This document shows, one piece after another, positions 19,788 through 29,425 of a stretch of 64,000 nt of DNA; within the stretch, counting starts at the first letter, position 1; the number at the start of each line of letters is the position of its first letter. The translations under genes and the position numbers were made by a program. This DNA comes from a virus: positions 103,402 through 167,401 of IMG/VR virus record IMGVR_UViG_3300017917_002918. The stretch is one strand, 5' to 3'. The notes under the pieces are model-generated. The model searched no databases. It was not told the origin of the DNA and was given only the letters and a program-made list of their open reading frames with translations.

Positions 19788-20968
19788 TTCATATATTTAA
19801 TTTATGACTTTATATTTAGTTTAGCAGAGTTGAATTGTATTGTCAATATATTATTTGTAATTAATTTATAATTTATTCATTGTGGTATTGTTTGGTTGTA
19901 TTAGTTAGTGCTGTGTGAGCTTATACAAGGCTACAGAGGGATATATTATTAATTATATGTGAAAATATGTGGGTGAGAATTTTGGTTCTGTTCTATAGTG
20001 TGATATAGTTTAATTTTCGGTGGACGCAGAAACCGTTGCTGTTCTATAGGGGATAAATTGAAAAATGTGGGTCAAAAAAGCGTTGCTGTTCTGTAGGGCA
20101 ATTTTTTGTGATTGTCCTCCCTCCTACCCTGTGGGACGGCGTGCCGGTCGCCGGGGCTTGATGCAGCAGCTCCTGCCAGTATACGGGATACGATGTGAAC
20201 AAACGTTTAGGCTGCTGATCCAAGGGAAAATATATACAGATGTTTGGACAAATATATACATTGGAGCTATGGCAGGAGATCGGGAAAATACACTAGAAAC
20301 GGAAAATAAAATTGTATATATAAAGGAAGGAATACATATTTTTTTGATCTAGCAGAATCTATATAATTGTATGATGCAGTAATGGCAAGTTATACATGGT
20401 TATTTGATATAATGCATATTGATAAACATAAATAATAAATAATATGTATATAATGAAGCAATTAAATTATAATTATTGTGATATTGGATGAATAATTAAG
20501 ATAATAAAAGGATATACTAGTTATATAATTGTAATTGTATTATATCGGGTAATATGTGGATTGATGTATAAAATATAATAGTGTATTATAAAAGAGTAGT
20601 AAATATTGTTGTTTGTTCTTTGAAAATTGAAAATTGTTTGATTGTGTCTTTAGTTTATAGCCTATTTTTTTTGTAATACATATAATTAAAATAAATAATT
20701 GGAGGCGTAAACAATGGATAGATGGGAACAAATATATGAAAATAGTGAAGAATCAAAAGCATTAGGTCGCTTTGAATTTGGTATGAAAGAATTAGAGAAA
20801 TTAATTAAACTAGTAAAAAGAGGTTTAATTAAAAAATCTGAATATAATAAGGCAAGAAAGGAAATTGAAACGCAATTATTAAGAATATAATCTATTTTTT
20901 TTGAAATAGGTTATAAATTAAAGACATAATCAAAAAATAAAATAATATTTAATTTTTTAAAGATTATA

Positions 20969-20997
20969 TTGACAGTATATTATTATGTATGATATAA
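20969..20997 (+). promoter_or_regulatory. consensus sigma-A promoter of the small-gene island
   Basis: TTGACA-17-TATAAT with extended TG. Confidence 0.85.
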
Positions 20998-21129
20998 TGA
21001 AATAGTAAGTTAATGGTCAAACTACTGCAAGAGGTGACTTGCAGATCATCGGTCAATGTGGTGACGTAGGATCAACCGTCACAAAAAGTAATACATAATT
21101 AAATTATAATAGTAAAATCAATATTTTAT

Positions 21130-21408
21130 TAGGTCTAAAGACCTAGAAAGGGTAAAAGGTGGAATTATGATGTACAAACTAAAACCCTATGAAAATTGCA
21201 TACAAAGGATAATAGATATTATAAGTGTAATTGAGTTGACTCGTGACTATACAAATGTATCAATTACTAACGAATGGGAGACAGAGACTCACGTATATGA
21301 GGAAATAGCATATACTAATGACATAATGCAACCACGACAATTTTATACAACAAAGTCAAAAAAAATATAGGTCTAAAGACCTAGAAAGGGTAAAAGGTGG
21401 AATTATGA
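21130..21408 (+). repeat. 41-bp exact direct repeat (21130-21170, 21368-21408): hairpin + RBS + ATG
   Basis: TAGGTCTAAAGACCTAGAAAGGGTAAAAGGTGGAATTATGA occurs twice. Confidence 0.95.
21167..21370 (+). CDS. small hypothetical early protein
   Basis: ORF starts within repeat copy 1. Confidence 0.6.
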   Translation: MMYKLKPYENCIQRIIDIISVIELTRDYTNVSITNEWETETHVYEEIAYTNDIMQPRQFYTTKSKKI

Positions 21409-21593
21409 AACAAGAAATTAAAATAGAATATAATAATACATGTGTGTTCTTTTGGCAACATACTTTTAGAACTGCACTTACTCACGCTAATTATTTTATT
21501 GAAAGAAACAAAGGTAACTTTGAAATGAAAGTATATTTATTAAATGAAAGTTATTTTGGTGAAAAATGGAAATTATTTAAAACAATTAAATAA
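21405..21593 (+). CDS. small hypothetical early protein
   Basis: ORF starts within repeat copy 2. Confidence 0.6.
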   Translation: MKQEIKIEYNNTCVFFWQHTFRTALTHANYFIERNKGNFEMKVYLLNESYFGEKWKLFKTIK

Positions 21594-21641
21594 ATAGGAA
21601 ATAAAAGTAAAATTTTATAAAAAAATGGAGGTAATAAAAAT

Positions 21642-21914
21642 ATGAAAATTTATAGTGAAATGTCATTATCAAATTTTGAATTTTGGAGTGGTGCAAAGGT
21701 TAACGCCGAAAAGCTCACTCTAAAAGAGATGGATCAAATTGAAAATATACTCGAAGATCTATATTCTGAGGGTATGAGCGAAACGGAAATTAATGACTTA
21801 TTTTGGTTCGACTTTGAAAGTATTTTGGAATGGATCGGGAAAAAAGAATGTGATCAATGTGGGGAAATATATGAAGGTCATTTTTGTGAATGTGAAGAAG
21901 AAGAAGAAATATAA
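21642..21914 (+). CDS. small acidic phage protein
   Basis: FEFWSGA..TEINDLFWF motif; GGAGGT RBS. Confidence 0.75.
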   Translation: MKIYSEMSLSNFEFWSGAKVNAEKLTLKEMDQIENILEDLYSEGMSETEINDLFWFDFESILEWIGKKECDQCGEIYEGHFCECEEEEEI

Positions 21915-22039
21915 AACTACAATTTTACTAGGAGCTTACACGCTCCTAGTGAGATAATAAAGTTCTGATTTTATTAACAAATAGTTAAAAAATAATAATA
22001 AAACCTTGAATTTATTGTAAAAGAAGGGATTGATAAAAC

Positions 22040-22261
22040 ATGGTAAAAAATAAAGAGGAATTAAAACCGATCGGATCTTTTTGTATCTCAAACAATATGG
22101 CAATAGTGATTTATGATATAATCTATGGAATAGATGATAGTATTTTAGCAGGTTACAACGATAAAAAACCTAGAAAGTATAGACTTTATTATAATTCAAA
22201 AGGTGCATATTTTAATTTCGGTAAAATAAGGGTATACATGGATCGAGTTATGAGACTATAA
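22040..22261 (+). CDS. small hypothetical protein
   Basis: 73-aa ORF with RBS. Confidence 0.6.
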   Translation: MVKNKEELKPIGSFCISNNMAIVIYDIIYGIDDSILAGYNDKKPRKYRLYYNSKGAYFNFGKIRVYMDRVMRL

Positions 22262-22299
22262 AATATAACATTTATTGTTAAAAATTGGAGGTAAAAAAA

Positions 22300-22467
22300 T
22301 ATGAGAGAATATAGTTTTATATTTGAAAATGGAATATATACGTTAATAAACACTAAATATAATAATATTGAAGTTTTTGGAATAGGACACAAAGATCGAA
22401 AAATAGCGTTAAAAAACGCAAAAAACTACTGTAAGAACACATTTTCAAAACTAAATGTTTTAGCATA
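22300..22467 (+). CDS. small hypothetical protein (not in ORF track)
   Basis: GGAGGT RBS then ATG AGA GAA TAT... to TAA, 55 aa. Confidence 0.55.
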
Positions 22468-22485
22468 AAACAAAGGAGATCTATT

Positions 22486-22917
22486 ATGAATAATAAAATT
22501 GAGGCATTGAGGAAATATTTAGGAATTAATGAAGAAGTTGAAATAGTTGAAGGTTATGACACAAATATATTTGAAGTTGAGGGATCGGAGTATCTAGTAT
22601 TAACTAATGAAGAAGCGAACGAAAAAACACAGGAATATATACTTGAAACGTTATGGGCTTTTAATGCAGATTTTATTCTAAAAAATTCAGTTGTAATTAA
22701 TTGGAATAATGACACAAAAAAAGCATTAACAGAAATGCAAAGTAAACTTTGTGAGGGATCAAACGAAATTATCAAAGCAATAATAAAAGATATGGATCAA
22801 TTTGTTGAAAAGGCTATTGATGCAGATGGCAGAGGGCATTTTTTATCAACTTACGACGGGAACGAGAATGAGGAAGAAGTTAACGGTGTGACTTATTATA
22901 TATACCAAACAAACTAA
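22486..22917 (+). CDS. acidic phage protein
   Basis: EYLVLT.EEA..LWAFNADF..DGRGHFLSTYDG.E motif. Confidence 0.75.
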   Translation: MNNKIEALRKYLGINEEVEIVEGYDTNIFEVEGSEYLVLTNEEANEKTQEYILETLWAFNADFILKNSVVINWNNDTKKALTEMQSKLCEGSNEIIKAIIKDMDQFVEKAIDADGRGHFLSTYDGNENEEEVNGVTYYIYQTN

Positions 22918-22938
22918 TTAATTTATGATAGAAACATC

Positions 22939-22969
22939 AAGAGGATCTAAAAATAGATTCCTCTTTTTT
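22939..22969 (+). terminator. intrinsic terminator
   Basis: AAGAGGATCTA/TAGATTCCTCTT hairpin followed by a T run. Confidence 0.7.
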
Positions 22970-23258
22970 GTTTATTTGTCTTTATTTGTATATATACATT
23001 AACATATTATACTATTATTTAATTATTGCTATTAGTTGCTTTAAAATTGACTCGTGAAGAATCGGGATCTGGTGTAATGATATTATATTGCTAGGCGTGA
23101 ATTAGTTGATTATTAGTGGTATTTTAAAGGTTAATATTTTTAGGTGTGGAGTATAATTAATCAATTTATGATTTAAAACTTTAAGTTATATTGCCAATAT
23201 AATTAAATTATATTGTTTATTGGTTTATTTGTGATTTATATTGACAGTATAATAATTA

Positions 23259-23756
23259 GTGTGGTATAATTGTATTAAGGTAATTAAATTAAATATATGG
23301 AGGTTTTCTATTATGTTAGAGTCAATCAACGCATATTTTCCCGATGAATCAACAAATAATGATGTAATTGTTAACTTAAAATACAGGGACTATAAAAGCA
23401 AGTACGCAACAAATAAGACTGTAATTGGTAGTTATGACGCAACAAACAAGACTATAGATGTTATATTTCCCAAAGATCAAGCCGAAAAACTAAATAATTT
23501 GGGTAATAAGTATCAACAAGAAACATTTAGTTTTTTATTTCAAAAAAATGACGGTACTATGATTGTTTTAGACTTCGAAGCTAAAACAAAAGATAATGCA
23601 ATTAAAAACATGGAAAAATACACAAAAGGTTTGTTTCTTTTGTATATTAGAGAAGTGATCGCAGGTGATGGCAGTTATGCAAAATACGAAAGATATAATA
23701 TATCTAGAGGTGACATAAATATAAATTACTATTTCGGAGGAAAAATAAATGTATAA
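23259..23756 (+). CDS. hypothetical protein (likely start MLES, 23313)
   Basis: Behind TTGACA-17-TATAAT promoter at 23241-23269; GGAGG RBS. Confidence 0.65.
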   Translation: MWYNCIKVIKLNIWRFSIMLESINAYFPDESTNNDVIVNLKYRDYKSKYATNKTVIGSYDATNKTIDVIFPKDQAEKLNNLGNKYQQETFSFLFQKNDGTMIVLDFEAKTKDNAIKNMEKYTKGLFLLYIREVIAGDGSYAKYERYNISRGDININYYFGGKINV

Positions 23757-25013
23757 ATTGATGAATGATATTAAAAGATTGAAGGAAATAATTATTATCT
23801 ATAGTATGAGAGGCTATAGAGAACACAAGGATGTATTATCTAGGGCTTTACGGTTATTAGAGAAAAAGGAAATAGAAGTAGATAATATATATGAAGAATA
23901 GCCCACAAGGCTATTTTTTTGTTTGTTTTTTTGGTGTTAGTTAGTTAGTTATATATTGTGATATTGTGATATATAGATATAGATATAGATATAGATATAT
24001 AATGTTGGTGATATTTAGCGTGTTGCTTACTTATAGTTAGTGACTATGATATTATTAGTATATATAATTTAGTATATAGATATAATTTAGTAAGTATTTA
24101 TTTATATGTTTGTTTATTTGCAATCACTTCACCAAGGTCCGCCGTGTTGTATACGACTTTACAATTATTCCCATTTCACATAGTATATATCAATTTTTTA
24201 TTACAGCAGTCAAAAAAACAATAATATCAATAAGTATAATATATTAATAGTATGTATGTTCTATAAATAATAATGGTCATCTAATGATCAATGCTAAAAA
24301 ATAGCTCCATAAAAAAACATCAAGATCGGGCAATATAAAGTATGTTATACAGGATCAGTTTACATAAGTAGGGGGTACTTTACAATTTTTGGATCGGTAA
24401 ATGTGGGATAACGTGGGTAGTACATCTACCCACATACCTAACACTAATTTACCCTCATTTTTCCTTACTCCCATCTACATATCCTCTCCCTCATCTCCCT
24501 CTTATATACGTCCCCTTCTGACTCACATCCTAATCGATTCCATATCGCTAATCATCCCACTCATTCCCTATTATAAATTAACTAATAGTACATTAAATTT
24601 TCCATCCCTAACTTCATAATCACCAATATTCCCTACTCCCATCTACATAAATACCACTAATATACCTCGTTATAATTCCCTGTTATATAGCCTACCGTAT
24701 AACTAACATAAACAAACTAATTTCCCTTGTCACATCTACATTATACCGATATGCACCTTAATATAACCAAAAATTGACCTATAAAAAATATCAAATTATC
24801 CTAATATTTTCCAATAAATTAACTAAAACTTGCATAAAACAGCATAAAACACGCTATAATTCAATATAAATTAATACACCTAAATTTACCCTTACTGTGT
24901 TCCGTATAACTGACCATACCGCCCCGTACAATACAAATCCAAGTATAAATCAATACAAAAAAGAACCCTTAATAATTTAAAGGTTCTGATCTAGTTAGTT
25001 ATACTATAATCAC

Positions 25014-25439
25014 CTATACTTCAATCAATCTTTCACCCCTATATTCTGATACAAAAGCAAAGATTAACACTGTTGCAACAACTATATTTATAGCGTTTAG
25101 TAGAGTTAGTTCTTGCCAAAACTCTCCCAAGTATATACTAAGTGCGATTCCAAGTATATATGATACATCTAGCAAACCTAGTATTGTAATAGTAATAACA
25201 TTCTTATACTTAGGTACTATATACTTAATAGAATAGGCAAAAGCTACAATACAGGCTATATGTTGACCAACCTTTACTAATCCAGTTTCGCTTGAGTATC
25301 CTAAGTACCATACATTAATTAAATTTGACAACATGGATATAACTATTGCAAAAGCAACTGAAACTGGTAAAAACAATATCCACCTTATTACGTTTGGTAT
25401 CTTATCTAAAAATTCTGTTAAAGCATTATCTTCTGTCAT
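25014..25439 (-). CDS. membrane protein
   Basis: Four hydrophobic segments. Confidence 0.7.
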   Translation of the reverse strand: MTEDNALTEFLDKIPNVIRWILFLPVSVAFAIVISMLSNLINVWYLGYSSETGLVKVGQHIACIVAFAYSIKYIVPKYKNVITITILGLLDVSYILGIALSIYLGEFWQELTLLNAINIVVATVLIFAFVSEYRGERLIEV

Positions 25440-25464
25440 ATTAAATATCCTCTCAAGTTATATT

Positions 25465-25689
25465 TTATGGATTACACTTACTACATGCACTGAATCCCCT
25501 ACTTTTAGCATCACTAAGTGTTATCTCTATCTTACTTTTGCTTAAATAACTACATCCACTGTCATGATATTTGGATCCTGTTTTAGTAATATATACAGTT
25601 TTAGAATCTACACTACTTGCTGTTGGAGTACTTGTACCACATCCAACTAAAACAAACATTAATAAAAATGGTGCTATTAACTTTTTCAA
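25465..25689 (-). CDS. small lipoprotein with C-terminal Cys/His motif
   Basis: Lipobox LVGC; VYITKTGSKYH..GC..L..SK...A...G...C..C. Confidence 0.75.
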   Translation of the reverse strand: MKKLIAPFLLMFVLVGCGTSTPTASSVDSKTVYITKTGSKYHDSGCSYLSKSKIEITLSDAKSRGFSACSKCNP

Positions 25690-25753
25690 TATATTTCACC
25701 TTCTCCTGTGTTCTTGTTAATGTTATTATAAACTTAAAAATTTAAGCTCATGT

Positions 25754-25948
25754 TTAATCAAATAATTCATCCATTAACTTATCTATTTCATTTTCTCTTT
25801 CTAATCTACCAACCTTGTTCACAGTAATATCTACAATATCACCTTCATTTAATCCATCAAGTATAATTCTAGGAATATTAATCATTGTCTTATCTTCCAT
25901 TTCTACAACTACACAGTCTCCTTCAAATCTATCAATTATCAATCTCAA
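25754..25948 (-). CDS. DUF3006 protein
   Basis: IIDRFEGD..VVE...EGD motif. Confidence 0.85.
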   Translation of the reverse strand: MRLIIDRFEGDCVVVEMEDKTMINIPRIILDGLNEGDIVDITVNKVGRLERENEIDKLMDELFD

Positions 25949-25988
25949 ATTAGCTTCACCCTTTCATATTGAAGTTACACAAAAACAT

Positions 25989-26429
25989 CTAATCATCTAT
26001 ATAACCATTTTCATTCTTTTTAAAATATAAGAATAATCTTTTACATACTAATTCTAATGATTCTTCGGATTGTGTTATTTCTTTAAAATTTCTTAATAAA
26101 TAATCTAGAGTTCCCCAATATACTAATGATGATGCTTTTACATAATGACCATTAACCCATTGTGAAACATGAATACAGTTCAAACAATTGTACAAATTTT
26201 TTAAAGTATTCTCATTTGCATTGTATTTATTTAATACAATTTGAACATTTGAATCATTTATACAAAGCTTAATCAAATCATTCAATGCGGAGTCAATAAT
26301 ATGATTTCTTTTGTCTATATCTTTGAAAAATTCTGAAATGTTATCTATCGGTGGATTTAGTCGTTTTGAAATTTTAATCAATTTCCTAGATTTTGCAAAG
26401 GAGAATATAATTTTTTTTAATAGTCGCAT
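25989..26429 (-). CDS. hypothetical protein
   Basis: 146-aa ORF, GAGGGG RBS. Confidence 0.6.
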   Translation of the reverse strand: MRLLKKIIFSFAKSRKLIKISKRLNPPIDNISEFFKDIDKRNHIIDSALNDLIKLCINDSNVQIVLNKYNANENTLKNLYNCLNCIHVSQWVNGHYVKASSLVYWGTLDYLLRNFKEITQSEESLELVCKRLFLYFKKNENGYIDD

Positions 26430-26471
26430 TTTAATCCCTCATTTTTTTAGTTTGTGTTTATTTTATTTTAT

Positions 26472-26864
26472 TTAATCATGAAACTCTTTGCCTGCAACAG
26501 CTCGTATTGCAATGTATATACCTATAACTCCCATCAATACAGCAAACCAAAACGGAAGAAATGTACATTCTTGTATTGGATTAGACTCAACATTGCCACC
26601 ATACACTTCTATATATATAAAGGCAGATATAACAAAAGAAACAACTGTATATGAATAATCAATACTTTGATTATAGAAAGCACATAATGAAATAACTATT
26701 AGTGAATAAAAAACTATACTTCCCCATTCATAATAATAGTTTAACGGTAAAAATATTAAAATCAAATACGTAATTATCTTTTTACTTATGTCGTTATACT
26801 TATTACTTTCAATAATCGTATTTTCTGCATTTGACACATTATCCATTACAATCAACCTCCGCAT
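26472..26864 (-). CDS. membrane protein
   Basis: Several hydrophobic segments. Confidence 0.6.
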   Translation of the reverse strand: MRRLIVMDNVSNAENTIIESNKYNDISKKIITYLILIFLPLNYYYEWGSIVFYSLIVISLCAFYNQSIDYSYTVVSFVISAFIYIEVYGGNVESNPIQECTFLPFWFAVLMGVIGIYIAIRAVAGKEFHD

Positions 26865-28090
26865 ACTTTACATGGTTCTAGTCCTCTATTTAACGCATCC
26901 TCTAGACTAATGGGTATCTTTGACCTATTCAAAGATATGCAACCATCTTTATGATACTTTTTGCCAGTATTTGTTGTATAAACTGTAGGATTGGCTTTTT
27001 CAGTTTGTTCAGTAGGTTTAATTGTAACCTCTGGTACATAATCACCACTAGATATAACTGGAGCTACTATTGAGTTGCTTATTGATTGTTGTGTGTTGGG
27101 TGGAGCATTTTCTTTTACAGGAGATGATTTTTTATCAAATGTAATTTTGTCTTTATCACAAGTTGCAACAATTGTCCCCATAGTATCAGTTCTAAATATC
27201 TCAACATTACTTGTTAATAGTCTATTCACTGTATCCTGTGCAGGATGACCATAGCTATTACCTTTACCAACACTTATTACAGCTTGTTTAGGGTTTACTG
27301 CTTTAAGAAAATTGGCACTTGTAGATGATTTACTTCCATGATGACCAATCTTCAATACATCTGCTTTAAGATCATAGCCTTTACTTAACATTTCATTTTC
27401 TGATAAATTCTCAGCATCACCTTCAAACAAGAATGATTTATTACCATATGTCATCTTTATAACTACGGAATAATTATTTAAATCATCATAGCTACTTCCG
27501 TTTGGTGCGAGTATTTCTGTTTTTATACTTTTGTCAAAGTTAATATTCATTCCACCAACTGCACTAGTGATTTTAGCACCTTTGTTTTTTATTGACAATA
27601 ATACATCCTCAAATGTTTTAGTAGTAGTTTTTGCTTTTGACATATATATGTCACCTATGGCTAAATTGTTTATTACAATATCCATACCACCAATATGGTC
27701 TTCGTGCGGATGTGTTCCTACAACAACATCAAGTTTGTTTATTCCTAAACTTTTAATGTATGATACTACCGAATTCCCATCTGGATTATTACCTGCATCA
27801 ATCAACATTGATTTTCCATTAGGCGATTGAATCAGAATAGAATCAGCCTGTCCAACATCAATATAATGGACTTTAACATTACCATTTACCATAGGTATTG
27901 TTATTGGGTTTGTTGCTACAGGTGACACTGGTACTGAACCTTCTTTAACCTTATTACTCTCAACTACTGTATTTGTGATTGGTTTAGTTGGTGAATCTTT
28001 TTTCGTTTCCGTATTCGCACCAATTACAAATAATACAGCCATGATTCCAAATACCGTTAAGAATATTTTGTTCTTGAATAGTCTTTTCAT
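26852..28090 (-). CDS. membrane-anchored MBL-fold hydrolase (ComEC/Rec2-like MBL domain)
   Basis: IDVGQADS, THPHEDHIGG, GDAE, GHHGS, YGHP. Confidence 0.9.
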   Translation of the reverse strand: MKRLFKNKIFLTVFGIMAVLFVIGANTETKKDSPTKPITNTVVESNKVKEGSVPVSPVATNPITIPMVNGNVKVHYIDVGQADSILIQSPNGKSMLIDAGNNPDGNSVVSYIKSLGINKLDVVVGTHPHEDHIGGMDIVINNLAIGDIYMSKAKTTTKTFEDVLLSIKNKGAKITSAVGGMNINFDKSIKTEILAPNGSSYDDLNNYSVVIKMTYGNKSFLFEGDAENLSENEMLSKGYDLKADVLKIGHHGSKSSTSANFLKAVNPKQAVISVGKGNSYGHPAQDTVNRLLTSNVEIFRTDTMGTIVATCDKDKITFDKKSSPVKENAPPNTQQSISNSIVAPVISSGDYVPEVTIKPTEQTEKANPTVYTTNTGKKYHKDGCISLNRSKIPISLEDALNRGLEPCKVCGG

Positions 28091-28180
28091 TTGTCAATCA
28101 TTTCCTTTCATATTTTTATCATTTTTAAATGTTATCATAAAATAACAATATTGCCAATATATTCTGAAGATATTTATTCA

Positions 28181-29242
28181 CTATTCCTTATGTTCTATTA
28201 AGCTAATTAAATGTCTAATTGTACTATCACCAGACCTCTTAATTAGCTTAATTAATTCAACTTTACTTAATCCTTGTAATAACCCCAGATCAGGCTTATC
28301 TTGATGTAAACTATAACTCAATTGCTTAGTTAAACTATCGTTCTTTTTTAAATAATACTTAAAAGTAGTTTGTATATTTCTGTGATGTGAAAATTTAGCT
28401 ACAGAAGCTATATCACCGCCAGAATTAGCATATGCATAATCAGAAGCACTTTTTTTTATTGAATGTAGTGTAATATTTCTCGAAGTGTCAATTTTATGAT
28501 ATTTTAAAAACTTCTTTAATGTACGTCTAAGTGGCTTTTCGGTTATACCAAATATCTTATTGTTTGGTAATCTATGTTTTAACAATTCTTGGGCTAATTC
28601 ATCAGGTATTGCAGTAGTTTCATCTTTGCCCTTATCTCTAAGTTGTATAGCCCAAACTTTTTTACCTGTTCCAGCATCATCTAAATATACTATTTGATCT
28701 GCCGTCATGTTTAATATTGATTTATAACGTATTGCTGTAATAAATAGCACCCTAAAGAATAAACTTTGTAATTTAGGCTTGAAGTATTCTTTGCTTGAAA
28801 ATTCAAATAATTTATTTATTTCTTTTTCTGATAGACTACCGTATGAATTAACAGATAAATCAGATACCATTAATGGTCTAATATTAAATATTTTTAAATT
28901 AATATCATTATCATGTCTAGATAATTCTTCGAATAGAGTTTTAATTGCTGACAACTTCTTATTTACTGATTGTGCGAGATTGCCTTTATTAAGTAAATAT
29001 TCTTGATACATTAAGTTATCTTGATACGTTATTTTCTTTATATCATCCCACTCAATATTATTTAAGGATTTACCTAATACTGCACTAAAATAATCAGAGA
29101 ACCAGCACACATAATTCTTTCTAGTATTTGCACTAGCTCTACCTTTGCTATTTAAGTATAGCTCTATTGCTGAACTAGCTGTTTCCTTATTAAATAACCT
29201 TACATTCTTCAATTCTTCAATAGCTGTCATAATCAACACCAT
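28181..29242 (-). CDS. tyrosine recombinase/integrase-fold protein
   Basis: TAIR, DKG, LHSIKK, SHH...TTFKYY catalytic-type motifs. Confidence 0.85.
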   Translation of the reverse strand: MVLIMTAIEELKNVRLFNKETASSAIELYLNSKGRASANTRKNYVCWFSDYFSAVLGKSLNNIEWDDIKKITYQDNLMYQEYLLNKGNLAQSVNKKLSAIKTLFEELSRHDNDINLKIFNIRPLMVSDLSVNSYGSLSEKEINKLFEFSSKEYFKPKLQSLFFRVLFITAIRYKSILNMTADQIVYLDDAGTGKKVWAIQLRDKGKDETTAIPDELAQELLKHRLPNNKIFGITEKPLRRTLKKFLKYHKIDTSRNITLHSIKKSASDYAYANSGGDIASVAKFSHHRNIQTTFKYYLKKNDSLTKQLSYSLHQDKPDLGLLQGLSKVELIKLIKRSGDSTIRHLISLIEHKE

Positions 29243-29425
29243 CCTTATTCGTAATAATTTATATTTTATATTTACGGGCTATATAACTAATTATAGGGCA
29301 ATATAACTAAAATGTCAACATATAATTAAATTATAATTTTCTATTATTATATTATAATTGACATTATTTCCAGTTTCATTTATAATTATACTTAGTAATT
29401 AAAATATGATAATGGAGTTGATATA

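Noticed and set aside
20065-20352. 95-aa ORF over the GC-rich patch
   Set aside because: No RBS, atypical composition; more likely a non-coding signal region
21112-22275. CRISPR array
   Set aside because: Repeats are degenerate or only two copies, spacing is irregular and contains ORFs; no cas genes
24401-24619. 72-aa Pro/Ser-rich ORF
   Set aside because: By-product of the C-rich strand-biased tract; no RBS
26852-28090. Full ComEC competence channel
   Set aside because: Only the MBL domain is present; no multi-pass competence domain
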